A stretch of DNA of 32,000 bases, from the NCBI GenBank assembly GCA_048887065.1, contig JBHLKC010000011.1, positions 1-32,000 on the forward strand. Reading direction: 5' to 3'. The stretch is from Candidatus Hodarchaeota archaeon (GTDB taxonomy: Archaea > Asgardarchaeota > Heimdallarchaeia > Hodarchaeales > Hodarchaeaceae). The translations under genes and the position numbers were made by a program. Below the pieces are notes generated by a model that had not been told where the DNA came from, did not search any database, and saw nothing but the letters and a program-made list of their open reading frames with translations. Shown one piece after another: positions 18,187-26,599 of the stretch (positions are counted from its first letter, which is position 1; each line of letters opens with the position of its first letter).

Positions 18187-18201
18187 TCCTTTATTTTCCT
18201 C

Positions 18202-18516
18202 TCAATTTTTTTTATTAAGAAGAAATTCAAACGAAAGGGCTTGAGCTTGGTGTTTTTCGATTTCAAAGGAATGAACCTCAGAATCTTTTATTAGAGTAGT
18301 ATTGAATGTTCGAACCCGATGTTTATCTGTTTGGATAGCAAAGCATACTGAACTCAAAGAACATTCACCTTGAGGGTTATAGGAATTGGTTCCATCTTTA
18401 TTTCGATGATAGAATAAAGCTCCTTTATTACAATGACAGATTTCATTGGGTTGATGCGAGATTTCATTATTTACAGGACGAGACAGTTGATTAAAGAATG
18501 ATTGCCAGTTGGACAT
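18202..18516 (-). CDS. hypothetical protein (Cys/His-containing, 104 aa)
   Basis: ORF only. ICHCNKGALFYH...GECSLSSVC could bind metal. No family recognised. Confidence 0.3.
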   Translation of the reverse strand: MSNWQSFFNQLSRPVNNEISHQPNEICHCNKGALFYHRNKDGTNSYNPQGECSLSSVCFAIQTDKHRVRTFNTTLIKDSEVHSFEIEKHQAQALSFEFLLNKKN

Positions 18517-18863
18517 AAGAATCGTCTCAAAATTACTTTTAGTGACTAGTGTTAAAGATCTTAAAAATAGGATGATGATATGATAATGTCACCACCGTCT
18601 TATCTGTCCGATAAAAAATAGTAAATAGATACGGACACTTTTTGTCGGTTTAAATAACTTCAAAGCTCATTTGTTTCCATTCCTCTAAAAGAAGTCAATA
18701 ACAAGAAATTTAACTTAAAATTCTAAATTTAGCTATTATTTTTATTAAAATACTATGAAGTGCACAGATTAAACAAAGAATAAATAGAGAATCTAATATT
18801 CAATACTTTAACCTTATTAGATGAAAGTTCGTATTCTTTAAACATGAAATATATATACTAGGG

Positions 18864-20276
18864 ATGACACTGGAAATAATAGTTGTAGTATCGAGAAAAA
18901 ATACCAATTTAATAAGATTAAAACCTTTGAATTATTCTGAACTTTTAGTCTGGTCTAAGCCACATAAGATGATAGTGATGAATGGAGACACAACTATCTT
19001 AATCATCATATTTATAGTTATTATAATTGTCATAGCTCTTGCTACACGGAAATCTTCAGCTAAAAATGTCAAACGAGCTTATGAATTAGAACAACAGGGA
19101 CAATACCTTGATGCACTTGATCTTTATGCTCGGCGCTCTCTTGAAGAAGCAGCTAATCTGGTTTTACGTACTCCTGAAGCTTCACAAATCTTAGCATTAC
19201 GTAGGTTAGAAAAAAGGTACCCCCTTCAAAAAATTGAAAAGACTTTTATCAACTTAGCTCGATTAAATATAATGAAAAATGATCCTCGTGCAGCTGCAAA
19301 TGCTTTTGTACTTGCCAAAAAACCTTTTGCTGCTGCAAAAGTCTTTATTGATGCTGGAGGGTTAGATTTTGTGCCTGCAGCAATTCAGATTCTTGACAGA
19401 AATGCCTCACTTATTCATAATCGGAATCAGGCTATTAGAAACTTGGCAAGACATGCTTTTAATAATCAGAATTATATGGAATCTGCTGAACTATTGAAAA
19501 CAATAGGAGCAGAAGAAGAGGCAAACACAGTTTTGATTGCAGCAGCAACAGAATTGAAGAAACAAGGTTTTTCTGAAGCAGCTAAGGAATATTTAACTAC
19601 AGCTGGAAATCCAGCTACTGCTGTCAAACATTATTTGAAAGAGTTGAACGATCACCTTCCTGATGGCAATATTGAAAAAATACGGCGGTCTCTCACCATC
19701 GCAAAAGAAATTATCGAGAAATTGCCACCTGATGAGAAGAAAAGTTTTGAAAAGGAAAATTCCACTCAAATTAATGAAATAGCAGAATATGATCGTCTTC
19801 TGAAAATTCTAGATTCAGCACGAGATATCCTAAGGAAAAAACACACCTATCAAGCTATTGCTCTTTATGATGAGCTATTAGATAGTTTAGGGAAAAAAAC
19901 ACCTGCAACAATATTGGCAGAAGCAGCCTTAGCAAATGAGGTACAAAATCCTCATTATGCATCAAAGCTATATCGTTTAGCTGCACAACGAGTAAAATCA
20001 TCTCGGGCGTCTGAGTCTTTCAGAATGCGAGCTGAAAACTTAGTAACTTCATCTGGGGAGCACACTGTAAGTACTGTTAAACCTATCTCAGAAATAATTG
20101 AAGAGGTAGAAGAATATTGTACTGTATGTCGTATGAACGTTTCTGATCCAAAAACTTTAGTACGTTGTCCTGAATGTGGGTCTCCTGCTCATTATTCCCA
20201 TCTTGCAGAATGGTTAAAGATCCGAGGTGTTTGCCCAATTTGCAAGAAAAAGGTTAAGATTACAAAACCAGCATAA
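18864..20276 (+). CDS. membrane-anchored helical-repeat protein with C-terminal RING-type zinc finger
   Basis: One TM helix (ILIIIFIVIIIVIALA; the real start is probably ATG 18969 or 18978). It has an Ala-rich helical (TPR-like) middle. The C-terminus is CTVC-x12-CPEC-x4-H-x2-H-LAEWL-x5-CPIC (20118-20243), an eight-ligand cross-brace pattern with the RING-H2-like H..H...WL.....CP.C signature. Confidence 0.6.
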   Translation: MTLEIIVVVSRKNTNLIRLKPLNYSELLVWSKPHKMIVMNGDTTILIIIFIVIIIVIALATRKSSAKNVKRAYELEQQGQYLDALDLYARRSLEEAANLVLRTPEASQILALRRLEKRYPLQKIEKTFINLARLNIMKNDPRAAANAFVLAKKPFAAAKVFIDAGGLDFVPAAIQILDRNASLIHNRNQAIRNLARHAFNNQNYMESAELLKTIGAEEEANTVLIAAATELKKQGFSEAAKEYLTTAGNPATAVKHYLKELNDHLPDGNIEKIRRSLTIAKEIIEKLPPDEKKSFEKENSTQINEIAEYDRLLKILDSARDILRKKHTYQAIALYDELLDSLGKKTPATILAEAALANEVQNPHYASKLYRLAAQRVKSSRASESFRMRAENLVTSSGEHTVSTVKPISEIIEEVEEYCTVCRMNVSDPKTLVRCPECGSPAHYSHLAEWLKIRGVCPICKKKVKITKPA

Positions 20277-20360
20277 CTGTATATAATAAAAGCGAATATT
20301 TTGAAAATGAAGTGATTTTATATATCAAATTGCAATTTAATCATTTAAATAGCATAATAC

Positions 20361-21026
20361 TTATTCTTTAGAAGAAGCGTAGAACTTCCGGGCGTATTGT
20401 AATCTTTGGAACGCAGAGATATTGGATAGGAAACCAATAGCTAAGACTATTATTGCTAAAATGCCAAAATTAAAAGGCCACGTATCAATTATTATCTGTT
20501 CAATAATAAGAATCTGCAATAAACATCCTATAGATAGTAGTGTCAGCTTTTCTTTACGTTCAAAAATACCTTTTCTTGAGTCCATACTCAATCCTCCCCG
20601 ATTTTCAGCTGTAGATCTAACATAACTGGCTAAAATCATTCCTTCAAAGCAGAAAAACATCCATTCAGGATAAACATATCCTCCAGCCATAATTCCAAGA
20701 AGAAAGAAAAATTCTGAAACACGGTCAAGAGTTCGGTCAAGAAGAGCACCAAAGTGTCCCGCAACTCCCTTTGCTCGTGCTATGCTTCCATCTAACATAT
20801 CAAGAAGTGAGGAACAACCTAATAAAAATGTGCCAATTAGCAAACCTAAACTTTCTCCAATGACAGGTCCTGACGCGAATGCAATACAGCTAAAAAAGCT
20901 CACTATTACACTCATAGCGGAGACTGTGTTAGGAGTTATTCCTGTTTTTGCTAGTACTTCTCCAAGAGGAGCAAAGAATGCCTCATATTGTTTTCGTAAT
21001 CCTTTTTTGGCTGAAGACTTCGACAT
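20361..21026 (-). CDS. CDP-alcohol phosphatidyltransferase (archaeal phospholipid head-group synthase)
   Basis: 221-aa polytopic ORF. DMLDGSIARAKGVAGHFGALLDRTLDRVSE fits D(x)2DG(x)2AR(x)8G(x)3D(x)3D. Confidence 0.8.
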   Translation of the reverse strand: MSKSSAKKGLRKQYEAFFAPLGEVLAKTGITPNTVSAMSVIVSFFSCIAFASGPVIGESLGLLIGTFLLGCSSLLDMLDGSIARAKGVAGHFGALLDRTLDRVSEFFFLLGIMAGGYVYPEWMFFCFEGMILASYVRSTAENRGGLSMDSRKGIFERKEKLTLLSIGCLLQILIIEQIIIDTWPFNFGILAIIVLAIGFLSNISAFQRLQYARKFYASSKE

Positions 21027-21233
21027 CCTGTTTACACACTCATTAAATATTTATTAAGTGATATTAATATCGTTTGGCCATTTATGATAAATCTTTTTGA
21101 AAGAGAGCCTAAAATTTTTTCAGTTAGAATATTAGACTATTTATCCAATATCTTGATCGGAAACTATTATAGACTTATTATGAGAAACAATTCTTTTTGA
21201 AATTTTTAAAACCAAAGATTAGGAAGAAATTAA

Positions 21234-22055
21234 GTGAAGTATTTAGAAAATCAGCTAAAGCAAATCATTAGCCAGAGTAACTCATCTTCTCCGTTAGGAT
21301 TGCTTTATAGTGGGGGATTAGACTCATCGGTTATTGGTAAAATTATGTTATCTCTTTTTCCTTCTTCTTCTATTTATGCTGTTTGTGTTGGATTCCCACA
21401 AAGTTATGATTTAATTAATGCAATATCTAAAGCAAAAGAATTAGGTGTTAAATTATATACGCGATTTTTAACAGAAGAGCTCATAATGGAAATAATTGAA
21501 TCTCTAAAAAAAATGAAATGTATTCACGGTCCGAGTGAACTTAGTATTGCTATTCCATTATTCTTGGGGATAAAAACATTGGCAGAGGAATTTCATGTAC
21601 ATACAATTTTTGTGGGACAAGGTGCTGATGAACTTTTTGGAGGGTATCAAAAATATGTAACGCTTCTAAACGAATTTGGACCTGAAATCGCAAATAAAGC
21701 GATGGAAAATGACTTTCAAAAATTAAATGAGAGCCAATTGTTAATAGAACGTAAAATTTCTCAATATTTTAATGTAAACCTTTTCTACCCCTTTTTAGAT
21801 CCATCTATTATTTCATTTGCACGATCCCAACCTGTAACGGTTCACATTGCCCGAAATTCCCAAAGAAGACTCATAAGAAAAGTCTTATTAAGAGATCTGG
21901 CAAAAAATCTGCAGTTGTCTGAAACTATTACTCTACAACCTAAGAAAGCTATCCAATATGGTTCTGGTACTGTTAAAATTCTTAGAAACTTGGCTAAATC
22001 TACTGGTTATAAAAATATCCATGATTGGTTTCAAGATTTTTTTATACAAGGCTAG
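21234..22055 (+). CDS. asparagine-synthase-domain PP-loop ATP pyrophosphatase (stand-alone)
   Basis: LLYSGGLDSSVIG (SGGxDS PP-loop) and GQGADELFGGY (AsnB C-domain signature). No glutaminase domain. Confidence 0.6.
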   Translation: MKYLENQLKQIISQSNSSSPLGLLYSGGLDSSVIGKIMLSLFPSSSIYAVCVGFPQSYDLINAISKAKELGVKLYTRFLTEELIMEIIESLKKMKCIHGPSELSIAIPLFLGIKTLAEEFHVHTIFVGQGADELFGGYQKYVTLLNEFGPEIANKAMENDFQKLNESQLLIERKISQYFNVNLFYPFLDPSIISFARSQPVTVHIARNSQRRLIRKVLLRDLAKNLQLSETITLQPKKAIQYGSGTVKILRNLAKSTGYKNIHDWFQDFFIQG

Positions 22056-22137
22056 CTTTTGTGCCATACATGAAAGCCCAGTAACTTAAAGAATAACCAA
22101 AAAATAAGTGAAACTATTCCCATTAAAGAAAATAAGG

Positions 22138-23214
22138 TTACGTCCGTCTAATAATAATTAAGGAATTATCAGGTTTTATCTGAATAATCGATACATCAAA
22201 GGGATTGATTAATTGATATGATCTTATAGGAAGAGAATTCAGAAAATTACTAATTTCTTCGTCTTTATAGCGCGTTGAGAAATGAATTGGAATTAAGGCT
22301 TTTATGTTTGACAAAGTTTCTGCTTCTCTAATCAAGGATTCAACATCGGAATGAGCATCAAGATGATAACTTTCCTGCGGTTTGAGATATGTGGCTTCAT
22401 GAATTAGAATTTGACAATCATTAAAGAATGAAAATAATTCAAGATCTATTTGTGTATCTCCCGAATAGCATATGATTGTCTTAAGGTCGAAAAAAATATC
22501 TTCACGAGTCACTCTTTGTTTACCAACATTAATAATATTCTGACTTTTTTCGATTCTTTTTAACGTTCTATCAAAGGGGATACCCATTTCTTTAGCTTTT
22601 TTAACCTTTAATTTTACTTTTTTGCGTTCTAATTTGTATGAAAAGGATCCTGAGGCAAGATGCTTATTTTCCTTACCAGATAATGAATATCCACTATCCA
22701 ATAGAATCTTTTCTCCATCTTCAATCACTATTATCTGTAAAACTTCTTTCACAGAATGTCCCACCTTAATTGTCAATAATCGATATAAAAATTCGTCATC
22801 CGTCAAAGGAAAAATAAAAGTAGAATCTTCAAACATCTGTCTAGTACGTTGCTGAAATGGCAGGGTAGAATTTTTGGGAATAATGAGTTTTAAGCGTTTT
22901 TTCTGCCTCATTTCCTTTTCCAATAGCAAAATGCGGTGTATTATATGAGAAAGCCCTCCCCAATGGTCATAATGTAAATGAGACAATATAATATACTTAA
23001 TTTTGCTAAAAGTTGGTCGTCCTAAAGTTAAAATTTCAGAATTCGCTGATGAGTCTGAAATTCTGTCCCATTCCTTCTGAAATTTATGAAATGATTGAAC
23101 AATTTCCGAGGGACATTCGAATAAGTATCGGTTATCAATTAAAAATGAGACAGTAGCTATTTCAGAAGAGGGTACAGTCCCACGGGCCCCAATCATCCCG
23201 ATAATCATTCTCAT
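22138..23214 (-). CDS. rnz: ribonuclease Z-like metallo-beta-lactamase (tRNA 3' endonuclease family)
   Basis: The motif series is ILSHLHYDHWGG (HxHxDH), CYSGDTQ, IHEATY, HSD, and IHFSTRY (the HFS.RY of RNase Z). It has a long lysine-rich insertion at the position of the flexible arm. Confidence 0.65.
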   Translation of the reverse strand: MRMIIGMIGARGTVPSSEIATVSFLIDNRYLFECPSEIVQSFHKFQKEWDRISDSSANSEILTLGRPTFSKIKYIILSHLHYDHWGGLSHIIHRILLLEKEMRQKKRLKLIIPKNSTLPFQQRTRQMFEDSTFIFPLTDDEFLYRLLTIKVGHSVKEVLQIIVIEDGEKILLDSGYSLSGKENKHLASGSFSYKLERKKVKLKVKKAKEMGIPFDRTLKRIEKSQNIINVGKQRVTREDIFFDLKTIICYSGDTQIDLELFSFFNDCQILIHEATYLKPQESYHLDAHSDVESLIREAETLSNIKALIPIHFSTRYKDEEISNFLNSLPIRSYQLINPFDVSIIQIKPDNSLIIIRRT

Positions 23215-23362
23215 TAGACTCCAGAAATATTAAGATCCTTAACTCTTTTAAGAATTTGAAATTTCCGTTTTTTTAAGGAATCAAATTAAAATATAACTTA
23301 ATATATTAACCCAAGAAACAATTTTGAACATAAAGAGAAATCGGGTTAAAGCTTATAGAAGT

Positions 23363-23431
23363 TTAACGGCTTCTTCGACGTTCTTTACGTTTTCTTCTTC
23401 TTAAACGTTTTTTTTTCCATTTTTCTCTCAT
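23363..23431 (-). CDS. rpl41e: ribosomal protein eL41 (L41e), 22 aa, not in the supplied ORF track
   Basis: The minus-strand ATG at 23431 gives MREKWKKKRLRRRKRKERRRSR and a stop (TAA = plus-strand TTA at 23363-23365). Compare eukaryotic/archaeal eL41, [25 protein letters not shown] (from memory). Confidence 0.75.
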   Translation of the reverse strand: MREKWKKKRLRRRKRKERRRSR

Positions 23432-23490
23432 ACAAATTCGCTCAATCAATGTTATATTACAGTAAAAAGATTTAAAACAAAATTTCTTAA

Positions 23491-23913
23491 TTATTGCATT
23501 CTTTTCATGGCTTCTTCTATCCAAGCCTTGAATTTTAATTTTGGAGCAGCACCAGTTCTTTGGGCTACTCTATTACCAGAATTGAATATCATAAATGTCG
23601 GAACAGAAAAAATTCGATATTTTGCTGAAGAATTTGGATTATGATCAGTGTTAATTTTTAGAAACAGGATTCGATTGGTAAATTCCTTGCTTAATTCCTC
23701 GTAAACAGGAGCCATCACTTGACAGGGACGACACCAAGCATCTGCAGAGAAATCTACGAGTACAGGAATGGGTGATGATTTAATGATATCATCAATAGAA
23801 TTATCATCAACGGGTGTCACTCCATTACGATTTACTTTATCGAAAAAAGATGCCCTCATTTTCATAGATTCAGCTTTTCTCAAAAGGATTTCCTTAAGCT
23901 CTGGATCAGTCAT
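23491..23913 (-). CDS. trx: thioredoxin
   Basis: VLVDFSADAWCRPCQVMAPVYEELS...KINTDHNP...IFSVPTFMIF is a thioredoxin fold with a CRPC active site. It has an N-terminal extension of about 45 aa. Confidence 0.8.
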   Translation of the reverse strand: MTDPELKEILLRKAESMKMRASFFDKVNRNGVTPVDDNSIDDIIKSSPIPVLVDFSADAWCRPCQVMAPVYEELSKEFTNRILFLKINTDHNPNSSAKYRIFSVPTFMIFNSGNRVAQRTGAAPKLKFKAWIEEAMKRMQ

Positions 23914-24175
23914 ATTTAATTTCTTCCTCTACTTCTGTTGTTGCTGTGAATATCCTATACTAGCAGGAGAATTTCAATTTAACAGAGAAGGATTGGTTTT
24001 AAAAAGATTTCAGCTTCAATTTCAAATTAATCGTGTTTAATGCATTTTTGCAGCTAATAAGCTCCATATTATTTATTCTATAGGTAAAAAGTTTTATATG
24101 CACCATTGATTCTTTAAATAGCTATTAAGATGTTTCTTTAGTTCTTACATCTTAATGAAACAATAGAGAAAGGAG

Positions 24176-24715
24176 GTGAAAATAAATATTAGGAAAAAGT
24201 TTTCAGTTGTACTCATAGCTATTTGCCTTCTATTAGCAATATCAATGGTACCAGCGAACGCTGAAGCACCTATTAATGGTACAATGAACTTAGAGTATAA
24301 TCTGGCTTGGCCTGGCCCACAAGATGAAATACCTGATTGGATTGGGACTATTACCATTGATGGTAACGAGTATGGTATGGCATTCTTCGCTATTGGAACA
24401 GGAAAACCGTTTGACGATCAAAACAATGGAAAAGCATATTTCTTTGGCGAAATTTGGGAAATCTATGAATCGATAAATTATAGATTCAAGGACGGAGTTC
24501 TTACAAAATTTAAACCTGGTAATATAGTCCTGAAGGGTACTGATGAAGGTACTACAAATCTACAAAACAATAACTATGTGATGAATGGCATTGTAACAGA
24601 AACTAATAAGGACTTTGCAAACTGGTTGGGTCATAATGTGCACATGAGTGGTGAAATTATCTGGTATGATTTTGGTGCTCCCCATTACGCACCAGGTACA
24701 TTTCAATTAAACTGA
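24176..24715 (+). CDS. secreted hypothetical protein (signal peptide)
   Basis: (M)KINIRKKFSVVLIAICLLLAISMVPANA-EAP is a classic signal peptide. No family recognised. The start codon is uncertain (see findings). Confidence 0.5.
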   Translation: MKINIRKKFSVVLIAICLLLAISMVPANAEAPINGTMNLEYNLAWPGPQDEIPDWIGTITIDGNEYGMAFFAIGTGKPFDDQNNGKAYFFGEIWEIYESINYRFKDGVLTKFKPGNIVLKGTDEGTTNLQNNNYVMNGIVTETNKDFANWLGHNVHMSGEIIWYDFGAPHYAPGTFQLN

Positions 24716-24740
24716 TGGCTTAAGCTAGAATAATTGAGAT

Positions 24741-24775
24741 ATTCTTGGTTTGACCAAGAATTCTCTTCTTTTTTT
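24741..24775 (+). terminator. hairpin plus oligo-T terminator downstream of 24176..24715
   Basis: ATTCTTGGT (24741-24749) and ACCAAGAAT (24753-24761) form a 9-bp stem with a 3-nt loop. It is followed by TCTCTTCTTTTTTT, with the T-run ending near 24775. Confidence 0.5.
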
Positions 24776-25276
24776 GCTAATGTTAACTAGTAGGAGAGAT
24801 GAAAATTTTTTGATGAATTCACCTAAAGTATGAGCCTTAACATTTATTGCAATAGAAGGATGTTAATTTTCATGTGGGTTTATGTGCTTGACTTATATAT
24901 TATATATTTGGTTAAGTTTTACTTTTCATTAGATTGGTAAGCATTAATTGGAGATATCTTGGCAATCTTCCACGGAACATCGTTTTTTTTTCCAAAATCG
25001 TGATAAACTTATCAATGACCTTCACCGTTTTCCTTCTTTATGGTTTATAATGGAAGGACTCTTTCTCAAACAATAGATCAGTTTATCTTCCATAAAATGA
25101 TATTCTTTCATCATTTTTACTTTGCATAGCCAGCTTCCAAAAAAATATATTACTAAAGTAATTACATTAGTAACAGCAAATTTCTGGTTAATAATAAAAA
25201 TGAAGATTATGCTTTCAAATAAACTTGTTAAAATTTCTTTTACTTAAATCTCCTATATATTAAAGGAGGAGTTTCT

Positions 25277-26125
25277 ATAAAGATCCTAATTGGGATACCT
25301 CTCTACAACGAACAAGCCTATCTCTCTGAATGTATTAGTTCACTTTATGCTTTTCTTTATCAGGAATGTCAAGAATATGATTTTAAGGTTCTTCTAGTTG
25401 ATGATGCCAGCACGGATTGCTCACAAGAAATTTATGAAACATTAGCAAAACACTATCCCTTCAATTATGTTAGACATGCTGATGGCCCTCAGGGCTATGG
25501 TAATACTATTCTCACATTGTTTCAACAAGCGAAAAGAAACTTTGATCTGTTAATAACTTTTGATGCTGATCTTCAACATGCTCCTCTTACAATAAAAGAA
25601 ATAATCCAAGTTATAGAAAATCATCCAGAGATCGACTTAGTGTCGACAAGTCGTTACCTTTCCTATCGATTTTGGAAACAGAATACTGATGTTCCCGTAG
25701 ATAGATATGTTACTAATATGCTAATAACGAAAACAATAAACCAATGTTTTCATCTAGATATTACAGACGCTTTTTGTGGATTGAAAGGATATAAAACAAG
25801 CAAATTACCTTCCAATCTTGATGATGCAGGTTATGCTTTTCCTTTAGTATATTGGGATTTTGTTTCGCGAAATAAGCTGGTTATTCAAGAAATCGAAACA
25901 CCGATCATATATCGATTAGATCGACGAGCACGTGGGGAATGGAAGAAAAGAATGAAAGAATATTTCATGAAATTAGAATCTATAATCATTTCATCCGAGC
26001 TAAAACAATTAGTTAGACAGAATTACACCCAGGGAATTAAGAGGATGACAGAAATAATCGATCATTTTTCAAAATTCCCAATATTTATTTATCAAGACTT
26101 TCTCAAGACTGATTGGCTAGATTAA
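25277..26125 (+). CDS. family 2 glycosyltransferase (dolichol-phosphate sugar synthase-like), apparent ATA start
   Basis: The ORF-track version (25517, TTG) removes the nucleotide-binding N-terminus. The same frame upstream reads (I)KILIGIPLYNEQAYLSECISSLYAFL...FKVLLVDDASTDCS...GYGNT, the canonical GT2 N-terminus. It is followed by FDADLQH (the DxD region) in the listed ORF. The frame is open only back to 25232. Confidence 0.75.
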   Translation: MKILIGIPLYNEQAYLSECISSLYAFLYQECQEYDFKVLLVDDASTDCSQEIYETLAKHYPFNYVRHADGPQGYGNTILTLFQQAKRNFDLLITFDADLQHAPLTIKEIIQVIENHPEIDLVSTSRYLSYRFWKQNTDVPVDRYVTNMLITKTINQCFHLDITDAFCGLKGYKTSKLPSNLDDAGYAFPLVYWDFVSRNKLVIQEIETPIIYRLDRRARGEWKKRMKEYFMKLESIIISSELKQLVRQNYTQGIKRMTEIIDHFSKFPIFIYQDFLKTDWLD

Positions 26126-26152
26126 AATAAAAAACCTCTCATAAATGTTTTA

Positions 26153-26256
26153 AGCCGCTGGAGGGATATTCATGAGAGAATTCTCGAACTCTTTCATCTT
26201 GAACCCTCGACCAACAGATTACGAGTCTGTCGCTCTACCAACTAAGCCACAGCGGC
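26153..26256 (-). tRNA. tRNA-Thr (anticodon CGU) with 31-nt intron in the T-loop (position 59/60)
   Basis: The reverse complement is GCCGCTG TG GCTT AGTTGGTA GAGC G ACAGA CTCGTAA TCTGT TGGTC GAGGG TTCAAG[ATGAAAGAGTTCGAGAATTCTCTCATGAATA]T CCCTC CAGCGGC T. The acceptor, D, anticodon and T stems are all perfect. The intron is at 26167-26197. Confidence 0.85.
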
Positions 26257-26599
26257 TTTTTTTATAACACGTCCCTTGATCAAAGTAAACAGAATTAGTG
26301 GTAGTGATTATCTTTCTCCTAATCCTAATCCTTTTAACAATGTTTGTTTAATATCAAAAATTTTGATTATTTAAATGTAATATTAAGATCTTATATGATG
26401 TGTAAACAAGCCATAACGTTTTTGCATTTAGTTCACGGCTAATTCAAAAAAATAGGGATAATAAAAGTCTAGTGATTAGTTTAATCTTGATTTCTCTGTT
26501 TCATGACAAATTAATGAAATTCTTACTAGTAATATTGATGATTTCATAGATAAGTATTTTGTAAAAAACAAATCTTCAATATTTCAAGAGAGATGTACA

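Noticed and set aside
18571-18660. Possible C/D-box sRNA (GATGATGA at about 18573) and a TGTCCG...CGGACA hairpin followed by a T-run
   Set aside because: There is a C-box-like ATGATGA, but I found no CTGA D or D' boxes at appropriate spacing and no terminal stem. The hairpin has a 21-nt AT loop. Evidence is insufficient.
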